64,000 nucleotides of DNA, from assembly GCF_009914755.1 (NCBI RefSeq), contig NC_060935.1; one strand, 5' to 3'. The notes below the pieces were generated by a model. The model ran no database searches. It was not told the DNA's origin and worked only from the letters and a program-made list of their open reading frames with translations. Below are positions 25,320-39,621 of the stretch, piece by piece (the first letter of the stretch is position 1; every line of letters begins with the position of its first letter). This DNA comes from the human T2T-CHM13v2.0 reference genome, Homo sapiens. The translations under genes and the position numbers were made by a program.

Positions 25320-26170
25320 ATGGTGTAGCCATGAAAGCCTCCGCTGGGTTAGCTTAGTGGTCAGCTAATGATTGAAACGACATTTTCTTGAATGCCTAGA
25401 ACCAATAAGTTTCCCAATCTTTTGCTAAGGGACTCTGTGTTGGGCATGACTTCAAGACCCAACCAGGCAATTGAGAAGTGTCCTTTATTCTTCACCTTCT
25501 GCTTGCACCAAGTCTCAAAGTAAGCCAAAAGTGAGAACTTAGTGCCTTCTCTGTTACTTCTTCATATGCAGAAAGTCCTGGGCATGCACGCAGTCATACA
25601 AATACATATGGGCTTGTTTCCAGGAATATCTCTGAGCTTGCTCAAAGACAATATGAACATGTTATTTCCCAACTTTCACCAGCAAGTGTTTTGAATAGCC
25701 TGTTGTTGTCCCCAACTATTATCTATTGTCCCAGGAAACCAGAAATGTAAACAATTTATTCTCATTATTTTTGAAATATATTCCTGACTAAAAAGGATTT
25801 TTGTGGTATGTGAGATGATAGATCAAATAAAGACAGCCTTTTAAGTGGAATTTTGTGGAGAACTATAAAAAATGTCAGAGAACGACAATTATCTAAGAGT
25901 GAGACATTAAAAGATTTCCAGCCCCCTTTTACAGTCTCTGGAGGCTGCCATTCTACTGGTTTGCAATTCTCACTATGATGGTGGGCTGTTGATTTTCAAG
26001 GCTACAGTGGAGCTGGAGATAGGAGAATGAGAGTATTTCAAGTTAAATGCCGTAAAACTCACTTTTCTTACCAAGTTGCAGCATTTTTCTTAATTAAATA
26101 CTTCCTTAATTGCTGGAAGCCTTTGGTTAACTCCCAGAGTTCTTAAAATGTTTATCCTAACAATTTTGAA
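25320..26170. mobile_element. Probable old L1M 5'-region fragment
   Basis: Resembles L1M 5'-end sequence from recall; not verified. Confidence 0.4.
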
Positions 26171-27876
26171 AAAATTCTTTTAATGATATTATCTCCCTGA
26201 TTTTTTTAATATGTTCATTTGCTTGGATTCCTTTTGCTCTGTATGTATGTGTGCACATGTGCAGGTAATGTTTGACAAATAAGAAATTTTAGTCATGTTT
26301 CTTGAGTTTACTTTGGGAGAAAATTTGCAAATTATTTCATAAAAAGTAAATTAATTCTATTTACATGTTTTGTATGACAGATATGCTTGATTTAAATTCT
26401 ATTATATTGTTTTTATATCTGGCCTAATAATTTTTTGCATATTTTAATATAATATATGTGCCAAAATATTCATCACTTTAACCATTTGTAAGTATAAAAT
26501 TCTGTTCATTAAATATCTTCACAATGCTGTGTAATCTTCACTATTTATACCCAACAGGTTTTCATCATTCCCCACAAAATCTTTGTAACCATTAAACAAT
26601 CACTTTCTCTCTGCTTTCCTAATGACTATTCTACTTTCTGTCACTATGATTTTGACTACTCTAGGTAAGTCATACAAGAAGATTCATACAATATTTGTTA
26701 TTTTTGTCTGGATTATTCCACTAAGCATAATGTTTTCAAAGTATATCCATGTTGTTGCATATATCAAAATTTTATTCATTTTTGTGGCTCAAAAATATTC
26801 CATTGTATGTATATACATACATTTTGTTTATCCATTAATATATTGCTGGACTCTTGAGTGATTTCTACTTTTTGACTATTGTTAAGAATGCTAGTATGAA
26901 CTTGGGAATACAAATATGTTTGAGCCCCTTCTTTCAATACTTTTAGATAGATATGTTGAACTGGAATTGCAGGAATATGTGTAATTCTGTATTTAATCTT
27001 TAGAGAAACCACCAAACTGCTTTCTATTGTTGTGGTACCATTTCAAGTTCTCCTCAGGAAAACATGAGTATTCTAATTTCTTCACATCCTTGCCAACACT
27101 TGTTATTTTTCATTTTTCAAAATTATAATTTTCATAATAGGTGTGAAGTGTTATCTCACTATGACTTTAATTTGGATTTCCCTAATGACTAATGGTGCTG
27201 AGCTAATTTCTTTTTCATTTATTGGCCATTTGTATATCTTTGGGAAAATGTTAAAGTCCTTTGCTTATTTGTTTAATTTTACTTTAATTGATAAATAATA
27301 ACTTTATGTATTTATGGAGCGCAATGTAATGTTTCAGAACATGTATACGTTATGGAATGATTAAGTCAAGCTATAAACATAGCCATCAAGTCACATACTT
27401 TTTTTTAATGGCATGGAGTGACAATTTAAAATCGACTACTCTCTTATCAATTTTGAAACACACATGACATTATTATGAACTAAAGCCACCATGCTGTTCA
27501 ATAGATCTCAAATACCTACTCCTTCTATATCACTGAAAATATACTTTCATCCTTTCATCCTTTCATCCATATCTCTCCATTCCCCACTCTTCACCTCCAT
27601 CCTCTGGTAATGATCATTCTGGTCTTTACCTCTATAAGTTCAAAATTTTTTAGATTACACATGTAAGTGGGATCATGCAGTATTTGTCATTCCATGCTCA
27701 GTTTATTTCAATTAGCATAATGTCCTCCAGGTTCATTCATGTTGTTCCAAATCACAAAATTTCCTTCTTTTTTAAGGCTGAATACTATTCCATTGTGTAT
27801 AGATACAACATTTTATTCACTCGTTTGTTGATGAACACGTAGATTGATTCTATATCTTGACTATTATGAATTATAC

Positions 27877-28168
27877 TTTTTTTTTTAGATGGAATTTTGC
27901 TCTTGTTGCCCAGGCTGGAGTGCAAATGGCGTGATCTCAGCTCACCACAACCTTCGCCTCCTGGGTTCAAGCGATTCTCCTGCCTCAGCCTCCCAAGTAG
28001 CTGGGATTAGAGGCATGTGCCACCACGCCTGGCTAATTTTGTATTTTTAGTAGAGACAGGGTTTCACCATGTTGGCCAGGCTAGTCTCAAACTCCTGACT
28101 TCAGGTAATCTGCCTGCCTCGGCCTCCCAAAGTGCTGGGATTACAGGTGTGAGCCACCATGCTCAGCC
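27877..28168 (-). mobile_element. Alu (AluSq/Sp-like)
   Basis: gctcttgttgccc diagnostic; TSD TTATGAATTA at 27864-27873 and 28170-28179. Confidence 0.93.
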
Positions 28169-29954
28169 CTTATGAATTACGTTGTAATACACATAGCAGT
28201 GCAGATATCTCTTCAACATGCAGATTTCAATTTTTTGAATTGCTCGGTCAAATGTTAATATTATTTTCTGTTTTTTGAACAAATCTCTGTATTGTTTTTC
28301 ATAATGGCTGTACTAATTTACATTGCCATCAACAATGTACACTTTTTTCCACATCTTCAACACTTATGTGTTGTCTTTTTGGTAATAGCCATTCTAACAG
28401 ATGTGAGATGATACTACATTATTCTTTTAATTTGTAATTTCCTGATACTTTGTGATGTAGAGAATTTTTTATGTTTCTGTCAATCATTTGAATGTCTCCT
28501 TTTGAAATATGTCTATTCAAGTTCTTTTCCCACTTTTTAATCAGTTTATTTCTTTTCTTGCTATTGAGTTTCTTAATTTAGTTTATTGTTTATTTTTTTG
28601 GATATTAGGCCCTCATCAGATATATGGTTGTCAAATATATTCTTCCAATTTAGAGGTCTTTTTCTTCACTCTTAATTGCTTCCATTGCTGTGCTAAAGCA
28701 TTTTTAGTTTGATGTAATCCCATTTGTTGAGTTTGCTTCTGTTTCTATGATTTTAATGTTACATAAAAAAAATTGCCTAGACTAATGTCATAGAGCATTT
28801 TCCCTATGTTTTCTCCCACTAGTTGTATGTTTTCAGGTCTTACTAAGTATTTAATTCATTTTCAGTTTATTTTAGCATGTGGTGTCACATAAGGATCCAA
28901 TTTCATTTTTTGCATGTGGATATCCAATTTCTCTAACATTATTGAAAAGACCGTCTATCTCTTCTTTGTGTTATTTATAGTTATGTCAAAAAATGTATTA
29001 TCTACAAATGCATAGGTTTATTTCTAGAATCTGTTACACCAGTCTATTTGTTTTTATATCAATATCATGCTGTTTTGATTATTATACCTTTGTCTTATAT
29101 TTTGACCTCAGGTACTGTGATGCCTCCAACTTTCTTCTTTTTGCTCTAGATTGTGTATAGGGCCTTTTGCAGTTGTAAATTTTAAGATTGTTTTTCCATT
29201 TCTGTGAAAAGTGTCATAGAAACTTGATAGATATTCCATTAAATCTGTATATCACTTTGGGTAGTATGAATATTTTGATGATATTAATACTTTGAATCCA
29301 TGAACACAGTATATTTTTCCACTTATTTGTGTTCTCTTTAATTTCTTTTTATCAATATTGTATAGTTTTCAAATATATAGGTCTTTCACTGCATTGGTTA
29401 TATTTCTTTCTAAGCACTTTATTATTTTTGATGCTATTATAAATGGAATCACTTTCCTAATTTTTTTCAGATAGTTTATTGTTAGTATATAGAAGCACTA
29501 CTGAATTTTGTATGATTTTGTATCCTGCAACTTTACTGAATTAATCAATTCTAAATAGTTTTTTCGTGGCGTCTTTGGTGTTTTCTATATATTAGATCAT
29601 GCTGTCAGCTAAAGGAAGACAAGTTCCTTTTTTATTCTTGATGATTTTCTTTCTTTTTTTGCCTAATCGCTCTGACTATAACTTCCACTACAATGTTGAA
29701 TTAAGGTGGAACATGTGGGCATCCTTGTCTTGTCTCAGACTTTGGATGAAAAGCTTTCAGGTTTTCACTGTAGAATATAATGTTAGCTGTGGATTTGTCA
29801 TATGTAGGCTTTATGGTGTTGATATACTTGTTTTGAGTTATACCACGAAAGGGTGTTGAATTTTGTCAAATGTTTAATTTGCATCTATTAGAACAAACAC
29901 ATAGTTTTAGTCTTCAGTTCTATTAATGTGTTGTGTAACATTTATAGGCTTATG

Positions 29955-30313
29955 TATTACTTAAAAAAATAGACTAATTAAATTAAGAGTAATTGAGCAA
30001 AGAGAGATTTGCAAATCAGGGAGCCACCAGAAGTAGAATAGTTCCAGAGCAGTTCTGGGGCTGCCACATGGTTTAATAACATTTATGAACACAAAGGGAA
30101 AGTGATGTACCAAAAATGGAAATGAGGCACAGTGGCCACCTGTGACTGTCTGAAACTCAGCTGCTGTGATTAGCTGAGATTCCGCTCCTTGTTACAAGAA
30201 TAGTTTGAAGTCTGTTTACACACCCAGTTAGGTTATAGTTAAATATGTATGAAGAAGCCCTTTGGCCAAATGTATATGTAAGGAAGCAGCTTTAGGCTAA
30301 ACTTAATTTAACA
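29955..30313 (-). mobile_element. MER57-type ERV1 solo LTR
   Basis: Reverse complement begins TGTTAAATTAAGTTTAGCCTAAAGCTGC. Confidence 0.8.
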
Positions 30314-30625
30314 GTTGTTCAGTCATTTTTGCATTCCAGGGATAAATCCTATTATATCATTGTGAATTTTTTATGTGCTATTGAATTAATTTTTCTAGTA
30401 TTTTGTTGAGGATTTTTGCATGTATGTTTATTAGGGACGTTGGCCTGTAATTTTCTTTTCTTGCAGTGTCTTTGCCTCATTTTGATGTCAGGGTAATGCT
30501 GTCCTTGTAAAATGAATTTGGAAGTATTCTATTTTCTTGAATCTTTAGAAGAGTTTGATAGGTACTTGTATTTTTTAAATATCTGGTAGCATTTAGAATT
30601 TGGTAGAATTTTAAATATTTGGTAG

Positions 30626-30992
<367 letters not shown>

Positions 30993-33377
30993 TCATGATT
31001 CAGTCTTGGTACGTTATACGTTTCTAGGAATATATCATTTTCCTCTAGGTTATCCAGTTTGTTGCTATAATTGTTCATTTTAGCCTCATGATATTTTGTA
31101 TGTTTGTGGTAGCAATCTTTGTCCATTTTGACTGGGTCATTTGTTCTGTTTTTGTTGTTGAGTTGTAGGAGATGGTTATATATTCTGGGTGTTAAACGCT
31201 TATCAAATAAATAATTTGCAAATATTTTCTCACATTTAGTCTGTAGGTAGGTAGTCTTCATTTTTATGATAGTGTATTTTGATGCACAAAAGTTTTTATT
31301 TTTGATAAAGTCTAATTTGTCTATTTTTGAATTTGTTGCTTTGCCTGTGCTTTTTGGTGTCATATTCATAAATATAGTTTCAGCTCTAAAGTTTAGGTCT
31401 TGGATCCATTTTTAGTCACATGGCAGTCAATCTGCTTGACATCAGCAATTAGAAGCATCAATTCACAAGCAGAACTTGGGACCCTGAGATTTGGAGGACA
31501 ACATCTGTATTTCTCACCCTGGCTCCATCAATCCATGGCAAATATGTGATTGCCATCCCCACAGCTGCCTTCCAAGGGAGTAAAGGATGAAGGATGGATA
31601 GCAATCATGCTAATGGTAGAAATGGACTGAAATTAACAGCAACATATAAGCAATGCTTTCCCCTGGAAGCTGCAAGTGTTCAAATAAGTTCCAGAGTTCC
31701 AAAATAGTCACTTCAGAAAAGTTCTGCCAATATAGTTATTGGCCAGGTGGAAATACAGATTCCTGATACTTCCTACTACACCGTCTTCACTGACTTACCG
31801 TGTACGTATTTGTAACGTGTTTTTACTAAATATTCTGGATTTAATTGAATATTTCTGTGGATATATCTGAGACCAGCCTACTTTGTATTCTTGTATTAAT
31901 TATGTGGGTTGTGTGTACAACAACTCTCCCTGGAAAATACCATTTCCTTTCAGTTATTTAAGTTCAGTTTTATAATTTTAAAAATGACTATAATTTATTT
32001 TTCTAGTTTTTTCTTCTGGACTACTCCAATATTACAGATATCATATCTCCAATGGCTACTGTTTTCTCGTTTTTTTATTTTGCTTTTTTGTAATTCTATT
32101 TCCCTTCATTTGTTCATTTCGTATGCAATCTCTATCTCCCTACCATGTTTTCTGTTGTGCTTATTTTCCATTGAAATTCTTATATTTCATCTTTGTTTCT
32201 AAGAAGGCTTTTTTCCCTTTTATTTCTTATTTGTTTTCTCAGTTTCTGATTCACCTTCATTTCCTGTCAGGTTCTCACATTAGAATGTCGGATGGTCTCT
32301 TCACTCAAGTTGTTATGTTTGCTTTTGTGTTCTCCATTCAGAGCTGCAATTGATGATTTACACTTATTAACATTTATTTAAGTTTTCCTCTGCTTTGTAG
32401 CAACATTTTTCATAACTATAAAGCAAAGGGAAAATATATATGTAGATCTGTAAGTATGAGGAAGATTTTGGTATTTTACCACATATTTTATCTTCTCTGG
32501 ATTTCACCCTTTGATATTATAATTACTTAACGTATGTTTCTTCTGTGTAGACAGGGCTCGTCTGCCTCTCAGAAACTTGCCAAGCATAGGAGGACTTCAG
32601 CCTCTAGTCCAGAGTTCTTCTGATCATCATCATCAAAATATATGTCTGTTTTTCAAGATGCCTTTACCTTAAGGTTCAAGATACCTTACTTTAAGGAGTA
32701 TTTCTTTTACTGTTTTAGGCACATTTTAACTTTCCACATTCTTTTCTTTGCTGTTTCCTCTCCGCCTCTATACCTGCACTCAGTGTCAGTAATCTTATTT
32801 ATAGCAATTCATCCTTCTAGCACCCTAGGTCTCTCTCTCTCTCTCTTTTTTCCCTTTCTTATTTGGCCACAAGATTCACTGACTCCTCTATTCTCCAGAG
32901 CAATTACTCTGTAATCCAAATTAGCTTCCCTACTTTTCTAGGCATTCAAGAAACCTCAAATTTCTGTCAGTAACCGAACCCTCTTACAAGGTGATTGGTG
33001 ACCATCTAATGTTACTTCAGCATAGTCTGTTGAATTCCCAATACCCCTAGTTCTAAGCAATCAATGAGGAGTTGAACTAGATAGACATTACTCTCCATAA
33101 GAGGAAAGTTTTTTATAGATATCAAGCATTTCCTGTTTTCCTACATTTTTATATTTTGACACAATGTAGTAAAACAAAGACAAAATTAGAATGAAAAAAA
33201 TAGACTTGATAATAAAGTTTTTTAAGTTTACAATTTATCAACAAACTTAAAGAAACAGATTTACACAAAAATTTAAGCACTGGAATTTTTTTAAGCACGT
33301 GACTTTTAACACAAAATTATTTGTATTAGTAACAAATTGAAAACAAACCCGAACATGATGGAAGACTACAGAAAAAT

Positions 33378-33638
33378 AAACACCACATGTTCTCACTCGT
33401 AGGTGGGAATTGAACAATGAGAACATTTGGACAGAGGGTGGGGAACGTCACACACCAGGGCCTGACGTGGGGTCGGGGGAGGAGGGAGGAACAGCATTAG
33501 GAGATATACCTAATGTAAATGACGAGTTAATGGGTGCAGCACACCAACATGGCACATGTATACATATGTAACAAACCTGCATGTGCACATGTACCCTAGA
33601 ACTTAAAGTATAATAATAATAATAATAAAAAGAAAAAA
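33378..33638 (+). mobile_element. Short L1PA (about L1PA5-6) 3' end
   Basis: catgttctcactcgtaggtgggaattgaac...ccctagaacttaaagta(taa)n A-tail. Confidence 0.93.
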
Positions 33639-36600
33639 GCGAGGATGCTTGTCTTAATGGATACCAAGATTTACTGTTAGTTGTATAAAGCCCGATGGAT
33701 AGATATTAAAAAAAAGAAAAAATAATAATGTAGGAAAGAACTTATGATATGCTATGGGAAAACAATAGATTACAAAACAATGTACCTAATAGCCTCAGAA
33801 TTTTATTAAATGTATTCATCTTGAGTATTATATAAAAGTAAAAATGGTCCAAGATTACAGATGAGTTTTATTGTCTTCCCTATATTTTCTAAGTTTTATA
33901 ATACATATATATCTCTCTTAAAAACCTGAAAAATATTAAATATAAAAACTACAATTACATAAAGAACAATTTTTAAAATACTGACATTATATGCACTATG
34001 AAAAAGAGTGATATTTTGAATAGAACGAGAAAACAGGCTCTGAAAACACGATTTCATTTATTATTTCATTTAAAAACAGGAGGCACCGGGGAAAAACACT
34101 AATTTTCATGTTCTCAGTTTGCCCCATGGATAATGTAAATATACATTTCCATAATGTAGAAATGGTAATAGCAATATGGAAATGGTTATATAAAACATGC
34201 CTGTCTTTTATACTTGAGGTAGATATATTATTTTCTTTCCTGTTCTTCATGCATTTATATTTCCTTTCATTTATGTAGTATCCTGGCATAAAGTACATTG
34301 GGAGTTATTGCTCAAAGGCACATTCACCCTTAGGTGTTGTAAAGAGAGGCAAAGTAGGCACCAGATTGCAGATGCAGAGCAAAGCTACATAAAAGAGCAA
34401 AACGTGTGATTATGGTGTGCTGTTTAAAAGACTGGAGAGAAAATTCCATCTGGAGAATGGCAACCTGAAGATGCTGTAGAAAGGGCAATCCCATGAGCTC
34501 AGCCTACTGTAAAATGTAAGACTTGGAAAGAGAAGACTACATATGAGCTTAACCAATTTAACTACAGAATCAAATAAAATGAGGGTAGCATGTTATATTT
34601 TCAAAAGGGCTTGATGAATACTGTTTATCTCTTTATTTATGTGAGAAAAAAATTTCAAACTCTAAAGAGCAGTTTCAGCAACTCTACAAGAGGCTATTGT
34701 AGTAAGGAGCAGTGCTAAAGATGCTTGTTAGAAAAACAAATTATAATCAGTGCAAAAACTTAATGGAGTGGGAAATAAATAGAGCAAAAAGCATTTCCTC
34801 AAAAATATCTTTAGATAATTTTTAAAGGAATCAGGATTTCAGTAGAATTTTTTTCCGGTACAGACACTAAACAGGCTTTTAATGACAGTTGCAATATTCA
34901 ATGATGATCCTAAACATGCTGTGAAGATAAATTCCTTATCCCATAAAAAGTTCAATTCTCCCTGTGCTGGAGCTTTTCTGATGATATTACACTACAGCCC
35001 AACATCTATGCACAGAGTTCAGTAGCTCGAATATGAATACTATTGCACTTATTAAAAAATAGTGACAGTTATTACAAAGGAATATGTTTTAAACAATACT
35101 TTGGATGTTGCCTATAGGGTATTCAGAACAATTTCCTGCTGGTTTCTGGTTTCAGGACAATTTCCTGGAGGCTTCAATTGTTTTAGCACTTTCCAGATTC
35201 CATTTCTTTGGGCAAAGGGAGAAATGGGGGAGAAAAATGGTACTTATTACAAGAGCAATCTTGAATGCTCAGCTGCAATTGAAAAGCCTAGTATGAAACA
35301 AGACTCTATGACTGTTTCAAAGTAAGGTAAGATTTATGTGTTGTTGAAGCTCTTGGTTAAGTACTAGATGAGTATTATGATATATTTCAGTCTCTTGTAA
35401 ATTACATGATCTACCACACGAGCTTTCTGTCAGCACAACTTTTATTTATTGACCGCAATGTAAGAACCGTCACATGAAGCAAAAAGTCATCCACAACAGA
35501 TAATGATTACATTTTTCTGAAATGATACAAATATTAACTCTTGGTTGAACCATGATGCTAGGTTTCTTCTCATTCCAGTTTTTCTTCCCTTTTTAAATAG
35601 ATAACTAAGGTCAATTTCATTCTTTCTTCCTTCTGCTGCAACAGCTAGGATAATTGCTTATTTCACTCATTCCACTTAAGGGTTCACAAGAGGTTTCTAT
35701 CTAGTTCCGGTAAAGAATGTGTTAGATTTCTTTATATCCCTCATATATTGCACTATTTAAGAAGCCAGAGAAGCCAGTGTACTAGCCTCTTACCTTCATA
35801 ATACTGACGAAAGCCTGCATTTCATAAGCAAAGAGACACAGGGCTAGTGAATAGGAAAGCAGAGTTCTCTAGCCACTTTTGGCGAGTCATACCAGTGTGA
35901 CCTTGATATGTTTGTTACTATCCTCAAATTTCATTTTTCTAATTTTTGAAGAGAGATGGTTTAGTAAAACTATTTCTAAGGTCCCTGATAGTTTTAGGAT
36001 CTTTTATTTTAATTTTATTATTTTATTTTTCAATAGTGTAGATTAAGGAATATTAGGATTTTTATTTTAGTTACTATTACAAGCATATTTTCATTGTCAT
36101 AAGACAGCTTGTCTTTCTCAGCAAAATCAAAATTACCATATCCTTGTTAGTTATTATTTATTAGGAATAATAAGCAGCAAAAAGAAACAATGAATAATTT
36201 TAGATCTTTAAATTTGGCTTTAGAGTACACTTACCTTTTGACCTGTTGATACTACAAATAAGAAAGAATATAAAACATTCAAAATCTCTTTTACCTGGCT
36301 AAAATTATCTAAATTTCTATTTGGGATATGATATTATAATGTAACAGATCTTTTGCTATTTGAAATTTTAAAAATCAAAGACTGGATAAAACTCTCCTCT
36401 TTATTCTCTTTATTTAAAGATCTGTTTGGTTTTTTCTTTTTGGTGGATTTCTTTTTTTTTTTTTGGACACTATGAGAAATAAAACAGCAGCATGAATGCT
36501 ACTGCTCAGTTGCAGAGAAGTTATGAGAATATCAGAATATAGTTAAGAGGCATAATCAGACCTAATACACACCATCCTGTACACTATGCTTATTGCCCCA

Positions 36601-37129
36601 CTTCTGAATCTGGGTGATTTGTATTGACTATCAGTCCCTTGTTCTTAGGAAGCAAAAATTCTAAAAAAAAAAAAAACAAAAAACAAAAAACTGAAGAGCA
36701 CCTCTTCTTTAAAATATGCCTGACTTCAAATCTGCATCATTATTTCCAAAAGGGCTGATGAATTGCCCTATACTACAGTATTTAAAACAAGACACATATT
36801 CAGGGCTTGATATTAATATGCTTCAAAATGTTGCAGCTGACAGGAGTCTTTGCAGGGAAATGGGACTCTCTTTGTAAGACTAAGATTCTAATTCTTTGTG
36901 CCACTCACCTGATTGACATTGCTCTTTTGTAGCCTATAAAAGATATTGGTCTCATGTTTGGAAAAATAAATAAATAAATCCACTCATCAACTTGTGTCAG
37001 GGGAGAAAACAAATAGAAATCCAAGCAAACGCTGAGTTTTCAGATGTCTGAAACTGGCACATCCCAGTCCTGGACTGGTACCAGTAGGACCCAACCTATT
37101 TTACCATATTTCCTTAGAACAGAGCTCAA

Positions 37130-37223
37130 GGGTGCAGCACACCAACATGGTACATGTATACATATGTAACAAACCTGCACGTTGTGTACATGTACCCTAA
37201 AACTTAAAGTATAATAATAAAAA
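37130..37223 (+). mobile_element. Ultra-short L1PA 3' terminus (~95 bp)
   Basis: gggtgcagcacaccaacatgg...ccctaaaacttaaagtataataataaaaa. Confidence 0.9.
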
Positions 37224-37371
37224 TGGTGTTATTCACACTTTCCAATCCCCTTCTCATATTCTTTCTTAAATCCATTCAAATAAAGCTTTAGTTCCAAATA
37301 TCCACTCCAAACTGCTCTTTTCAAGCTTCCTATTTTTAAAACTAATGACTAGTTCTCTGTCCTCATCTTAC

Positions 37372-37450
37372 TTAGATTGAACCATGAGAAACTGCTGATT
37401 TTGACCATGTTAGACCTACAATAACAGAAATTCCACGTGGTCCAATCTTA
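37372..37450. mobile_element. MADE2 mariner MITE
   Basis: ttagattgaaccatgagaaa ... ttccacgtggtccaatctta inverted ends, ~80 bp. Confidence 0.8.
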
Positions 37451-38719
37451 TTTAACCTAAAAAACGCATTTGATTTAATGGCATCTCCCACTTTCTCGAG
37501 ATATTTTCTTTACTTGGCTTCCAAAGCACCACATTCTACTGGTTTTTCTCCTACCTCATTGCATTCCTTCTTAGTCTTTTTTTCCAGCGTACTTTAATCT
37601 CTCCAACCTCTAATCATTACGTGTCCAGACTCAAACCACGAATGTATTCTCATCTTTATTTGCACATTCTGATTTGGTGTTCTTATCTGGTCTTCTACCT
37701 TTAAATATCACCTCTAGGCTGATAATTCCTAGCTCAGCTCTTGGCTCGAAGTTGAGATTTGTAAAGACAATTGAGGAATCTATTTGTATTGTAATATATA
37801 GAGAGAATTAACATGTTCAAAACTATACTTCTGACCTCATGCCCCAACACAAGCTGCTAAATCTGCCCTTCCTTCCACCAAAGCTTCCTACGTTAGGTAA
37901 TAACAATTCAATTTGTCTAATTTTTAAGTCAAAATTCTTAGTTATCCTCTATCCCCCTCATTAAACTTTTTCACTTAACTTTATATTCAGTTAATCAACA
38001 AATACCATTAATTTTGCCTTCCAAATATATCCAATGTGATTATGTTTTATCACCTTTCCTGCTTCTACCTTGTTCCTAGTTACTATCTCTGTACTGAATT
38101 ATAACAACCCTCTAAATTGATCTCTCTTTTCTCACAATTTCTCCTTTTACTTTTTCTCTGCACAGCCGCCAGAATGATCCTGTTTCAGCATAAATCAGAA
38201 CACATCTGTTCAGAGTCCTTTGAGGGTTCCCCGCCTCACTTCTTTAAAAGCCCTGAATTGCCAAAGACCTGCCTGATAAAGCCCCTTTACACTTTCAGCT
38301 CTCAGCTCCTAATCCACTCAGCTCCAGCCACACATCATAAATGTATAATTATCAACAGTCACACCCTCTAACTAAGCAACTGGTTCTCAAACTTGATTAT
38401 ATATCAGAATCATCTACAGAGCATTTAAAATATGTTGTTGTTAATCCAACATGCAATGTCCAACCTAACTTCAGAGCCTTTGAACTTATGGTTCTCTCTA
38501 TCCCAGATAGTCACATACCTTGCTCGCTTATCTGCTTCAGGCTTTCTCTAGAATCACCTTCTCCATGAGGCCATTTTAACCATCTTTTTGTTTTCCACAT
38601 TGGCCATTCTACATATGAATACATTCCATATTGCTATTGCATGCTTTATATTGCTCATACTACTGATCACAACACAACCTTCCAAGTATTCTACTTTTAT
38701 TTCTGCCTATATGCTACAG

Positions 38720-39117
38720 TAGTAGATGGTGTTAGAACATTGCCCATACTTCCTCAGCACTCCTTGTTCTTGCCCATGCCTACGCCATCCTATTAAAACA
38801 CCCGCAGTTCCTTGTCTGAGGTTTATTTTCAACCTCACGAGACCAGCAGTACTGGGAGTTGGTAGAGCTGGAGAGTGAATACCCTGGCACTTTTGAGTGG
38901 GATAACACTTAATTGTATTCTATACTATCTCCCAAATTTCCCCCATGGAATCAGGTTTCAGCTTCCTACTTGATAACCTGCACCCATGACTAACTTACTT
39001 TCTCTGCCTCATTCCTCAATCTCCTTCAGTTGCTTTCTGAGATCATTTCCCAAATAAACTACTTTACTCAAATCCTTGTCTCAGGGTAAGCTTCTGGGAA
39101 AACCCTATCCAGGACAG
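38720..39117 (+). mobile_element. LTR16-type ERVL solo LTR
   Basis: gagtgggataac; cccaaataaactacttt; tccttgtctcagggtaagcttctgggaaaaccc. Confidence 0.7.
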
Positions 39118-39456
39118 ATTCCAAGAATTCCTGGTCCTTTAAAGGAAAAAGGTTTTTTCTGTTTTATTTTTACTGGTCTATCTCCAATAACTAGGACAGA
39201 ACCTGGCATGTAGTAGAGACTTCATACATATTTGTTGGATCAGCAAACCTCTATTATTAAACATTTCTTAACCCTAATCTGAGCAAAGGGAGGGCAATCA
39301 CCTAATTTACAACTAACATCCTCATACTAAAATATATTTCTTGTTTCAACTGCCAGTGCTGCTGCTTCTGAAAAAGAAGTGAAGATTTTGTGAAATCAGT
39401 AAGTTAAGTTTAGGACAAAAAGAGAAATTTATTTTTAAAACAGGAATTACTTGCTA

Positions 39457-39621
39457 CAGTGATTTCTAAATTTGGATACCCTGAATCCTGTGGCTGTAGT
39501 TTATGTTTCTGATTTGTGGATCCTAGTTTTCCTGAATCTAGGCTCAACTGACTTGGAGTAGAGCCCATAAATATATTTTTAATGTTCTATTGATGATACG
39601 GCCCAGTTTTGGAACCACTTG
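39457..39621. mobile_element. MER5-like hAT fragment
   Basis: cagtgatttctaaattt...ttttggaaccact ends. Confidence 0.5.

Larger units (their letters stand above)
37235..39243 (+). mobile_element. L2 (L2a-like) interrupted by MADE2, a MER5 fragment and an LTR16
   Basis: ccactccaaactgctctt; cacattctactggtttttctcctacctc; 3' end acctggcatgtagtagag...atatttgttgga. Confidence 0.75.
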
